Source: Camelus ferus
Taxonomy: Eukaryota
Direction of reading: 5' to 3'
Length of the DNA stretch: 64,000 nt
Assembly (NCBI RefSeq): GCF_009834535.1
Contig: NC_045696.1
Coordinates: 47,432,001-47,496,000, forward strand
Shown: piece after piece, positions 1 through 10,540 of the stretch
How positions within the stretch are numbered: the first letter of the stretch is position 1
How the letters are laid out: each line of letters starts with the position of its first letter
Translations under genes and position numbers: made by a program
The notes under the pieces: generated by a model
Seen by the model: only the letters and a program-made list of their open reading frames with translations
The model's database searches: none
What the model was told of the DNA's origin: nothing

Positions 1-172
1 TTATTACAAAGAAGCACAAAGAAAAATTTGAGGGGTGGCAGATATGATCATTATCTGACTGTGGTGATGGTTTCATAAGTACGTACACTTACCAGTACTT
101 ATCAAATTGTATGCTTTATATATGTGTGGCTTACTGTATGTCAATTATACCTCAGTTAAGCTTTTTTCTTTT
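1..172 (+). mobile_element. Old L1 (L1MC/L1ME-type) 3' UTR end fragment
   Basis: Typical L1M 3' terminus: GACTGTGGTGATGGTTTCA...ACTTATCAAATTGTATGCTTTA...TGTATGTCAATTATACCTCA. Confidence 0.8.
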
Positions 173-361
173 TTAAGGTGAGTACTAGATTTCACATAGC
201 AGTGTGGTCATTACCTCCAAAGGAGGCTGCATGAGTCAACTGGAGTAAAGACAAGTCAGATAAGGTCCTACCCAGGAGCTGGGTGGATCTGGGCTCCTCT
301 AGTTTTCTACTGATTTTATCCTTAAAAAGTTTCGATTTTGGATCTTTCCCCACAGTCCCTT

Positions 362-977
362 TGTTAGAGCAGGCAGATAGCTAGATATGAGCAGAGAAAG
401 GCGGACGCAGGGCAAATGCAGGAAACCATACATCATGTAAGCACCAGGGTTCCCAGGGTAGAGAAAGAAAAGCAGGAACCGCTGTGCTGATGAGTGATCG
501 CAACTTTGGGGCTGATAAGCAGCCCAGGAGCCAACAAAGAACGGTGGAAAACGGCAGGAATCTCCAGTGTTCGAATGTAACCTTTTCCTTATTATGCCCT
601 CTTTACAATAAAGTTAGCCTTGCAGATTAGAAGTACCCATCATGCACCGATACCATGACACTTCCAATCCAGACCAAATAAAGACAAACCCCCCTGCCCT
701 TTGGGAAGGTGGAGTTGGGGTGAAAATCAGGGAATACGACCCCAAACCCTTCCCTCCCCAATGAATATTCCGCCCATTTATTTTTACAACCTATGTAACC
801 AACTTGCCAAAGAAACTCAGGGCAGCTGCTCACCTGAGGCTGCCTACTCTCCCCTTGCGAGTGTATTATCCATTACTTAATAAATCCTCACTTTAATTTT
901 TTTAACCTTCGCGTCTTGTCTCTGAATTCTTTCTGGGACAGGACGAGAACCTGGAACACTGGCTACATCCACTGACA
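362..977 (+). mobile_element. ERV1-type solo LTR (~616 bp)
   Basis: Starts TGTTAGAGCAGGCAGATAGC and ends ...CACTGACA; AATAAA at ~879 followed by a U5-like TCTTGTCTCTGAATTCTTTC...GAGAACC; CpG-richer than the flanks. No clean TSD found, so the 3' end is uncertain. Confidence 0.8.
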
Positions 978-1124
978 GTTCTATGACACTCATAGAATGA
1001 CGCTGGAATTGGCAATCACCCTATTTCTACCTATTCCCCATGAAACTGCTCCCACTTAGAAAAACTGAATCTATCCAGGAGGCACAGCAGGAGGGGGCAG
1101 TGGTACCCAGGGAGGGGAGCATAA

Positions 1125-1290
1125 TATAACAGAGCCTGAGCTTTGGTGTGGGATGAACACCATTCACTAGCTACATAACCCTGGGCAAATCACTTTACCT
1201 CTCTGCACCTCTCTGAATTTTCTCATTTCAAAAATATTTAACAATTCCTACCTGATAGAGTTGTCTTGAAGGCATATGTAAAAGGATGAA
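1125..1290 (+). mobile_element. MIR SINE fragment
   Basis: MIR core: CACTAGCTACATAACCCTGGGCAAATCACTTTACCTCTCTG...TTTTCTCATTT. Confidence 0.75.
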
Positions 1291-1454
1291 ATGATATCTG
1301 GCCGAAGGAGGAGTTCAATAAGAAATGCCTCTCTCTTTTCTGCTGTTGTTTGAGGATTCTCCTTAAGCCAGTGATTCTGCGCATTCCCATCTTCACGTGC
1401 TTTCAGGACGCCAGTCAAAGCCTCAGGTGTAAACTGTAAATGAGGTTCTATGTT

Positions 1455-1938
1455 AGTGGGTCTCAAGCATGGCTCTGTATTAGAATCTCCTGGGGAGATA
1501 AAAACAACAGCAAAATACCTGATGCCCAGGTTCTGCTCCTAGAGGTTCTGACTTGAGTCTGTGGTGCAATTGGGCATTGGGATATTTAAAAGCTTCCCAA
1601 GAGATGTTAATAAGGGGCCAAGGCTGTGAAACACTGTTCTAATGCTTCTCAGGCTTTAATGTGCATTGAATCACTGGGGATCTTGTTAAAATTCAGATTC
1701 TTATTCTGTAGGTTTGTGATTCTACTTTTCTAATAAGCTCCCAGAGGATGCTGATGCTCTTAGTCCTAGGATGACACTTTGAGTAAAAAGACTAAACCCC
1801 AGCTGAGCATCGGAATCGCATAGAGATCTTTTAAAGCTGAAGGTTCCCAGGTCCTGCCCTTGGATGAGGCCCACAGCCCATGCATGTTTATAGGTCAGCC
1901 AGATAAGTCTATGTGCTTCTTTTACTGAGAACCATGAA
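1455..1938. mobile_element. Three abutting MER5-type hAT-Charlie MITEs (~1455-1637, ~1640-1785, ~1795-1938)
   Basis: MER5 motifs recur: ATTAGAATCTCCTGGGGAG...GATGCCCAGG...GAGGTTCTGA; TGCATTGAATCACTGGGGATCTTGTTAAAATTCAGATTC...AAGCTCCCAGAGGATGCTGATGCT; GCATCGGAATC...TGAGAACCATG. Confidence 0.7.
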
Positions 1939-2734
1939 TCTAGTCTGACCTTTCACACTCGAGGACACTGTATGCCCAAGAAGCCGTGTGACCTCTGTCC
2001 TGATGTAAATTTCTGCCAGGAATGTTCATTAGTGAATGAAACATATTTTCAATGGGGACATTTTCTGGTGTGTAGGTTTCCAGTGCTGATTGGGAACTGC
2101 AATCTGCAGTGTGAGTCGAATGTGATGGTTTCATTAACACACAGCTCAGAACCTCGCCGAGAAGCAGCCTGTGTGATGAATGGGGTCCCGGGTTCTACTT
2201 GAAGCATTATCACATAATATATCAGTTTTATGTCAAATGAACTGATGGTTTTATGGCCTTTCCATTCAATTTGATAGGCTCCTTGTCACTGGCTCTTTTT
2301 AATATGGCTAGAGGGCATTTTTTGGTGGTGATGACATAGTGATTTATAAAACCCACTTCATGCATCAGCCACACATATGTAAATCAGACACATTTCATTC
2401 TGGAAAAAATTGTCATTGCCATCGTGTGATAAATAGGTGCATATTCAATGAGCAAGCATCCATCAAGACACAGATTTGAATTCATTTTTCTATATACCAT
2501 ACAACCAAACAATTAGCACTATGCCTGGGATATAGTCTTGCAATGCAGGATTCTTCTAAATGGGAGACATACAGTAACTGAGCTCAGTGCCAACTTGACC
2601 CTCATCGTGCTAGAGCAAGGTGGCTGGGGACTCAGTTGGAGACACCAGAGCATCAGCTGGAGGTGGGAGAGGAAGAAGAAAGGAAACATTTCTTTTTTTT
2701 TTTTTTAACTCTAAATTCCAAGATTGCTGCAGAA

Positions 2735-2830
2735 CTTAATATTCCTAATCTTATTTAGTCCTCAGACATGCTGCAAGGTGGAAATTATTATCTACATCTT
2801 AAAGACAAGAAAACTCAAAAGCCCATGCTC
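2735..2830 (-). mobile_element. MIR fragment
   Basis: TTATTTAGTCCTCAGAC...ATTATTATCTACATCTTAAAGACAAGAAAACT resembles the reverse MIR core. Confidence 0.55.
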
Positions 2831-3198
2831 CTCCTGCTGCACTACAGTGCAGTCTCAAAGCAGGAGCAGCACCTGCAGGTCAGTGGAAGTGAATTGTTGC
2901 TGTGATACCAGCTTTGCCGAGACCAGACTCCAGCTGTCAGCAGCTGTACCTGCCATCTGCTTCCAGTACCCAGCCTTAAATCTGTAGAGAAGCAACATCA
3001 GAGGTGCCAGTGATAAAATGTGAAGGTTTGAAAACACACACACCCACTCTAACTGATGAGCTACTAGCGTGAAATAAAATTGTAACTAAATTTAAAACCT
3101 CCTAGAAATAATTGGCAACAGAAATGCATGAAGTAAATCTGAAAGAAATATATTTTACTTCCTAAGTATTTGTGACATTTTTTTTGGAGGGAGGCTTA

Positions 3199-3665
3199 TG
3201 TAGGGGAGCAAAATTTGCCACCCAAAATATGTCACTTTGGCATGAAGATTATTGGGGCTGATTATGTTCTAAGAACAAAAGACTCTGGAATACTTTCTTT
3301 TTACCTCCCCCTTGACTGCCTAAAAGAATTTAGATGAAGAACCTGGTCCAGGAAGAACACTGTCACCAGAGATCTCCACCCAGAATACAAGCTAGGAGTG
3401 GTAGGGGAAACGCAGCAGGGCCTGGAGACCAAGGTCCTCTCTGTGTCCCATTGTCTCTGCAGGGCCCAGCAAACATTTGTTTTTCCACCTCCATGTGAAT
3501 TTTCTTCCTTCCCTTTGAAGTCCCAATATCCCATTCCCTTCTTCTCTCAGTGTCATACAAGCCTCAATTGCTAACTTGTCCCAGGTTCTCATTTTTCTTG
3601 TGGGGCTTCTTATGTTTGTAATTTTATTTGATATTTTCCTGTTAATCTGTCTCATGTCAATTTAT
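3199..3665 (+). mobile_element. MER34-like ERV1 LTR, 3' end truncated
   Basis: Starts TGTAGGGGAGCAAAATTTGCCACCCAAAATATGTCACTTTGGCATGAAGATTATT; TTGACTGCCTAAAAGAATTTAGAT internally; ends TTTTCCTGTTAATCTGTCTCATGTCAATTTA without the final U5 bases. Confidence 0.8.
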
Positions 3666-4274
3666 GATTTTCATTGTCACCTTTTTGCTTGATTGTAGTT
3701 AATTTTTTAAATGATTAAGACGTTTTACTTAGGTAGAAAGAAAATATCAATGATAGATTATTTTTAGACTCTATAGAGAGGGACTGGGGCTGCTTCCCAT
3801 GTGAAGAATGGCTGATGGCCAACCCAGACAGGTGCTGATCTGACACCTGTGCATGTGCATCTCAGAGGAAGAAGCAGACTCAAGCGCAGCATGGGTTGGC
3901 AGGGGGCTAGAAGGAGCTGCGGGAAGGCTGGGAGGTAACAGAATCAAAGAGGGAAAGAGTCAGCGAGGTAGGGGGGAACCCAATTCATTGAAAACTTAAA
4001 TAATCAAGGGACAGAATCAATCCTTCTTAATGACTATGAAGATAATATTCCTGTTTAATATGCCTTTGGATTATTGAATAGGTCAGCTCAAGGCAGGAGG
4101 ATGGTGTCCTGTGATCTACGGGCCTTGTTAAATATCACTGGAATCAATTGTTTTTATCAGAAGTTGACACATCTCTAGAATGTGATTCACATATCACACA
4201 GAAACTTGTGGTTTCTTAGCCTTAATAAAAATTCTAAGACAAAGGGAAATAAATTTCAAATACCATGATTTTTT

Positions 4275-5166
4275 CTAACATTTAGGTGTTTGCTTTTTAC
4301 TCCTCACATTGGTTATAGAGGACTTTTTTTTTTTTGAAGTATAGTCAGTTTACTATGTTGTGCCAATTTCTGGTGCACAGCATGATAGTTCAGTCATACA
4401 TATACATACATATATTTGTTTTCATATTCTTTTTCATTATAGGTTACTACAAGATATTGAATATAGTTCCCTGTACTATACAGTATAAACTTACTGTTTA
4501 TCTATTTTATATATAGTAGTTAGTATCTGCAAATCTCAAACTCCCAATTTATCCCTTCCCACCCCCTTCCTCCACTGGTAACCATAAGTTTGCTTTCTAT
4601 GTCTGTGAGTCTGTTTCTGTTTTGTAAATAAGTTCATTTGTATTATTTTTTTTATTAAGTTGGGTGAGCTGTTTATATATTTTGGAAATTAAGCCCTTGT
4701 CAGTCTCATCTTTTGCAAATATTTTCTCCCATTCCGTAGGTTGTCTTTTTGTTTTGCTTGTGGTTTCCTTTGCTGTGCAAAAGCTTAGAAGTTTAATTAA
4801 GCCTCATTTGTTTATTTTTGCTTTTCTTTCTATTGCCTAGGTAGACTTCCCTAGGAGAACATTACTAAGATTTATGTCAGATAATGGTTAGAGGACTTTT
4901 TGATGGTGATTCTGTGCAGAGAAGCATTAGTAAAACACAAAGGAAAATGATTAAGTTTAGGTCACTAAGACAAATAGTGGTTTCCTCTCTTGTTTGTCTG
5001 TAACCCCACTGCAAAAAAAAAAAAAAAAATTCATGAAGAGACAGAAGCTCTCATTTTCTCTGAAATGAGAGTCACATTTAAGGCCATTTAAGTTTTCATC
5101 AATAAATGGAAAATCTACAAATATTTTGAAAAATGTTTAAAAAGAGTAATAGAGGCACTGAAAGTG
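4275..5166 (+). repeat. Local duplication A, copy 1 (~320 bp, split by the L1 at 4324-4888)
   Basis: Aligns by eye with 7248-7565: TAACATTTAGGTGTTTGC..., TAGGTCACTAAG.CAAAT.GTGG, ATTTAAGTTTTCATCAATAAATGG...GAGGCACTGAAAGTG. Confidence 0.9.
4324..4888 (-). mobile_element. Young camelid-type L1, 5'-truncated and internally deleted (3' UTR fused to an ORF2 segment)
   Basis: Poly-T at 4324, then TTGAAGTATAGTCAGTTTAC...AAACTCCCAATTTATCCC (reverse 3' UTR). ORF2 reverse sequence TTTGCAAATATTTTCTCCCATTCCGTAGGTTG starts at ~4655. TSD TAGAGGAC(TTTT) at 4316 and 4889. Confidence 0.92.
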
Positions 5167-5679
5167 TCTGTTTCCTCACAGATTCACATCTGCACTAGAG
5201 AACCCTACTCTTTCCATCTTTGCCAATCTGATAAATGAAACTGTTATTTTAATTTGCTTTTAATTACTAGCGAGGCCAAAAGCCTATTGTCAAGACAGGT
5301 ACTTTTCCATTTTGTAGTCACTCCTGCAGCATCCTTGTTTGTACGTTAATGACAGTAGAAATCACAGAGAATGAACTAGCATGAATCACAACATTACGTT
5401 CAATTCAACATCTATTATGTACCTTCTATGTGCTTCACTGTTAAGTTTTTCTTCTCCAGAAGACAGTGAACTCCTAGATGAGAGATTTTACTTTGTTCAT
5501 CACATCCAGCAAGTCCCACTTTCTTTCGGACTGTAAGACAGATAAAGTCACGTATGGAGGGCTTGCAGTCTATCAGAAGAGAAAGGAGTGTGGCCTGGCC
5601 CCCAGCAGGATGACTGCATTTGCTTTCCCAGGTGTGCTGGTGCTTTGTCCCCACCCTTTACCCCTCCGCTATGGGACCA

Positions 5680-5790
5680 GGAACCAAGAGAGTTAAAGTA
5701 ACTTGCTCAAAGCCAAAAAGGAATTCATAGCAGAGCAGGGACTAGAACTCAGGTCTTCTTTCCCGTCGCTCTGTCATTAGCACTATGTTG
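5680..5790 (-). mobile_element. MIR fragment
   Basis: GAGAGTTAAAGTAACTTGCTCAAAGCCA...GCAGAGCAGGGACTAGAACTCAGGTCTTC. Confidence 0.7.
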
Positions 5791-7247
5791 CCTCAGATCT
5801 AAACTCAAATGATGGCTTTTTATTTCGAACTTGCTCTTGATTTTTCACTGCAGTTACTGCCGTTGGGTTGATTGTAGCTCTCCAAGTAGATTTTTAGACC
5901 TCCAGAAAAGGAGTCACTCCGTCCTCTGCTGATTCTTCCATCTATCGTGCCTAACATGGGGCTGCCAGTCTAGAACGTTGCTTGGGGGAGGCTGTGTCTA
6001 GAACGTGTTTAATAAGAACACTCGGAGATTATTTGTTATATGCTATAGCTTATCTTAAATTTTAAAGGAAGTGGGTTTTTCTCCTTCCTTCCTCTAAAGC
6101 ATTTCTTTAATAGTCACTGAGTGATTTGGAGTGCGTTCAGTTTGGTCTGAGCTTCATTTGGTGATTTTTAAATTTTTTACTTTTGCCATGATTAAAGTCT
6201 ATAGTAATTTCTCCTTAGAGAACAATTGATTAAAAAAAAATTCCTCATTCCTTTCCAGTCACCAATTAGAAAGCTTAATCTAAAATGAAAAAAATTTTTT
6301 TTTACCATAACCAACACTAACAAGCAATTCCCATTTCATCTAACATGGTGGTAAGAACCTACATTTAAATCACCATGGGATGTTACATTCTTGAAGGAGG
6401 AAAGAGAAAGCTAAAAACCACCAGTGAGAAGTTAAAAAATCCTGCTAATCACAATTGCTTTCCTGAGGGGAGGAAAAGAAATCACCCCCCTTAAAGCCAC
6501 CCAAAGCCAGCAAAACAAACTGTGACCAGACAGTGTCCTATCCACAGCACTCTCACTTCCTGTCTGGATTAGAAGACAGAGATTGTCGCCAGACCAAACA
6601 CCCGGAACTGATTTAGAGTGGTCGGTGCTTCTTCAGCAGTCCCAATTATCACTGTTAGTTCTGGGATCTTCGCCATCACCTGGCCCTAGCTGATAAATAA
6701 TACCATTATTCTTCTGCTCTCGAGCTCAGGTATAAGTCTCACTTAGGGGGAGCTTAGATTTATAAGTGATGTAACTTAGAATTCTAGGCTCGTAATTTAA
6801 TGCTTCAGAAATGTCTTCTTTATCTTTTCCAGAATGATAAATGGGCAGATCCCTGGCACAGCTCCCCATCTGCTCACTCGATCTCCTTGCTTTTGATGAA
6901 GGCCTTATTATGCTGGATTCACTACTGTTTGTTGTAGAAAAAGCAATGATTTGGTGCAGACAAGAAAGGAAAGATTAATTTTAATGGCAGAGGAGAAGTG
7001 GTACTTTTGGCAAGATAAATAATACTCCAGAGTACTTAAGTTATAGCAGGCTTTGAATTGGTATTTTGGAAAATCATATTTTAAATATATTTAATTACAT
7101 AAACAATTAAAGCTCATATTTATGTGATGTTTTACACATACTGTCTATTTAACACTTTCAACATCCCAATGTGGTGTGTATTATTATTATGCCCATTTTA
7201 TAGACAGGCATAGAGAGATTATGCAACTCTCATGTTTATGCTTCTTC

Positions 7248-7565
7248 TTAACACTTAGGTGTTTGCTGTTTAATCCCCACATTGGCTATAGAGCAGTTTG
7301 GGGGTAGTGATTCTGAGCAGAGAAACATAAGAAAAAACACAAAGAAAAATGGTTCGTTCTAGGTCACTAAGGCAAATGGTGGCATCTTCTCATTGGCTCG
7401 CCTATAATCTCACTGCAAAGACCCCCAAAATGTCCAAGAAGAGGCAAAAGCTTTCATTTCTTTTGAGACAAGAGTCACAGGAACTATTTAAGTTTTCATC
7501 AATAAATGGGAAATCTTCAAATATTTTGAAAAAATTTAAAAAGAGTAATAGAGGCACTGAAAGTG
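7248..7565 (+). repeat. Local duplication A, copy 2 (uninterrupted)
   Basis: See copy 1; the last ~80 bp differ from 5086-5166 at only about 4 positions. Confidence 0.9.
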
Positions 7566-7829
7566 GAAGGATAAATTCATCTTCAACCATCATTTGAGAC
7601 CTGGGCCTGTGTGCCCACAAGTTCACCCAATTGGTGAGAAAATAAGAGCTCATGCTAACTGGGAGCCCACTATGCAAGAGGCTTTATACCAGTCAGTTTA
7701 CTTAAATTGTTTCTCATCCTCACAACATCCTTCAGGTGGTTAAATCGATGTTGAGTTAGGTGTTACTAACTGTGCCATCAGTGTACCTGGGGCACCCCTT
7801 CCACCCAGCACTTACTGCCTTATTTTGAA

Positions 7830-7955
7830 ATTAGATTGATGCCTTCTTGACAATTCGATGAATACCAAGAGCAGAAGCAGTATCTTCATCATTGTTGTAC
7901 ACCTAGATCTTGCCAAAATGTCTAGTACTTCATAGTTGCTAAATGAATGTGTATT
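7830..7955 (+). mobile_element. L2 3' end fragment
   Basis: GTATCTTCATCATTGTTGTACACCTAG...CATAGTTGCTAAATGAATG resembles the L2 terminus. Confidence 0.55.
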
Positions 7956-7961
7956 AAAGAA

Positions 7962-8030
7962 TATTTAGCAGCAGCATGGAAGGACCTAGAGATTATCATG
8001 CTAAGTGAAGTAAGTCAGGCAGACAAAGAC
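7962..8030 (+). mobile_element. Isolated ~70-bp L1 ORF2 C-terminal fragment
   Basis: GCAGCAGCATGGAAGGACCTAGAGATTATCATGCTAAGTGAAGTAAGTCAGGCAGACAAAGAC translates to AAAWKDLEIIMLSEVSQADKD, homologous to 46430-46500 in this window. Confidence 0.85.
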
Positions 8031-8464
8031 CTGTAAAGGTGTCTAAGAAAGAGAATTTGGAGCTAAGAGGAGCAGGAGCACCATTATTGGCTTAAAGAAT
8101 AATTTGTCTTTTGGGACTTGAAATTATTTTGAAATGAAGTTGCTGTTAATGCTGAGAAAGGGAAATTGGCCACTTAAGTGGGCAATGGACTACGTCAACT
8201 GGAGCTACAAAATCCAGCTTCTGCTTCTGCTGTTGCTTCTGCTGTTCTAATCTCTTTGGCCTCCATCTTCACTGTTTGGCTCTTTAATTTCAAAGAGGTG
8301 TCCTCTGATGTACAGCTATTTCTCCTACAGGCAACTTGAGAATGGGGCCCAGGGACCATGTAAAACATCTGTCCCTTGGTTACCAAGACTGAGGTAAAGA
8401 AAGAGGGACAGAAACCAAGAGAGGGAGCCGACTCAGAACTGGACTTCGTAGTAGATGAATTTAT

Positions 8465-8990
8465 GGACAAGGCACTATTCTAAGCACTGGGGACGCAATG
8501 ATATGCACATTAAATAAGGTCTCATCATTCCTGGGCCATATGTTCCAAGGGGGAAGATAGTTAATACATTAACAGATGAATATACACTATGATGTCAGAA
8601 CTGTGAAGCATCATGGAAAAAAAACCAAAACAGGACAAAAGTTAGAGCCTGATATGAAGACGTCTCTGAAAAGGATTGAGGATTGGCATTGTGTCTGGGG
8701 AACCATGTAACTATCTGGGGGACACAGAGTAGGAAGGCCCTGAGGTGGGAGGGTGGCTATAACTTATAAGAACGCTGAGAATGCAGGTGTGGCCAGGGCA
8801 AAGTGAGCAAGGATCAGAAATGAGGTGGGAGAGATAGCCAGGGGCTGGATGCACGGTTTTCTGGGACATGATGAATACTTGGGATTCTACTGTATGTGTA
8901 ATAAGAAGTCATTAGACTGTGTACTTTGGACAGGAAAGTGAAATGATTTGCTTTATATTTTAAGAGACTCACTCTAGTTACCATAAACAG
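8465..8990 (-). mobile_element. L2 fragment
   Basis: AGGCACTATTCTAAGCACTGGGGA..., GAAGGCCCTGAGGTGGGA, TGGGATTCTACTGTATGTGTAAT, TGATTTGCTTTATATTTTAAGAGACTCACTCT are L2 reverse-strand motifs. Confidence 0.75.
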
Positions 8991-10356
8991 AAGTACTGAG
9001 TGATTACGATGATTACTTGTACCCAACTGAATAAAGCATTTGTAACAAATTTTGATAAGTAATCAATAAACAAAATGGTACCTGTTGGAAATGTATTTCT
9101 TAAATGAGAGAGATGGAGCTGCTTTTTTCTTTCAAGCAGTTTATATACCCATAAATGAATAATCCCAGAGAGAGATAAATTTAGAGCCAATTATATTCCT
9201 ATTTTTCTTTTCATAGTTATAAGCTTTGTGACATCTACTTCTCATAATTAAAGAGATAGGAGAGGAACATTTTTATAGTAATGTTCTTCAATCTTTAAAA
9301 TTCCTTTTAAGCTATTTGTTAAAGATTACACTGCAATTTATTATTAAAATTATTGTAGATGGCCTGTCAATTGATAACTGGATTATGCCCTCCTTCAACA
9401 TTGTGTCATAAACCAGAAGCCTCCCAACTTGTAAAAAGGACTTGTTACTCAGTAGTTGGATCCCTCAACATCGGTGCCAATATTTTGAATCCTTCCTTTG
9501 ACATTTTGCAGATTTTTATACCCGCGGCAATGAGCCAAGTTAAGTTTCAATGACAGGGAAGGGCTGGTTTCTATTTTGTTATGGAGCAGAAGACGATGGC
9601 AAATTGCCACCCTGATCAAAGCAGATCTCTGGCACATAAGTCTAGGACAGAGTACATACACTAACCTGAAATCTAGAAATTGATTCTTTTAAAGCTGGGC
9701 TTGCCTGCCTACACCTTGAAAAGTCTGTCTGCCCACTGCTCCCGTTGGTGAGCTCATAAGGGTATGTGTGGTATTTCATTTCTCTGTACCTCTAGTCGAA
9801 GCCAAACGTCTGGCACAGAGTTGTCATCCTGTTGTTAAACAACGAGGGAAGTGGGGGCTGGAGTGTCAATCTCAGGTATTCCCATTCTCCCATATTTTTC
9901 CTAATCCTCGCTGAGATGGAGTAATTGGAATGTGGAAATATTTTCGGCCTAGAGGGGTACCAAGCCGTGGGTTATAACGTCAAAAACATAAACGCAGAAA
10001 GATGCAAAAAGTTGTTTTTATTACCCAAGGAGGAGAGTTGCAACCAATGAAAGGGACAGTTTGTGTCAGTTTTCCTGTTTGGCGTCATGGTTTCATTACA
10101 GTTACAGTCAAACAATTAGGTTTTCATTCTCCCCTTTCTCAGGTCAGGCGGCAGCAGCGAGCGGTGGTCCAGTCTCCTGGGTTACACTGGCAGTGGCACG
10201 TGGTTTCCTTCTGGACATCCCAGGAACCACAGCCATAGCCACAGGCACAGCCAGTGACAACAGTCCCTACATGGGCACACAGAACATAGACATCAGAACC
10301 TTTGCTTTTGAGAGGAGGGAAATCCTCCCAGAATCATCTTTTATCCTTATGCATCC

Positions 10357-10540
10357 CAGAGGTAGAGCTAGGTTTTGTGGGGTCGAAAACTAATTCAGTT
10401 TTAAAGGTCCTCTTTAAGGGAAAAAAAAAAAAATACAGACTACTGTAAAAAAATTTAAGTACGGGGTCATGGAAGAAACCCGCAGAAGTGAGAGGCCTGG
10501 GCATTTCTGATTTCTTAGGGTCATGAGAAATTTACTTTTG
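10357..10540 (+). mobile_element. MER53-like hAT MITE
   Basis: CAGAGGTAGAGCTAGGTTTTGTGGGG...CCTCTTTAAG..AAAAATACA...TAAGTACGGGGTCATGGAAG...AAGTGAGAGGCC follows the MER53 consensus layout. Confidence 0.75.

Noticed and set aside
10143..10361. Exon-like open frame ([13 protein letters not shown]...) after a strong acceptor
   Set aside because: The only donor candidate (GAG|GTAGAG) is weak and lies at the start of MER53, and the peptide resembles nothing I recognise. Not called as CDS.
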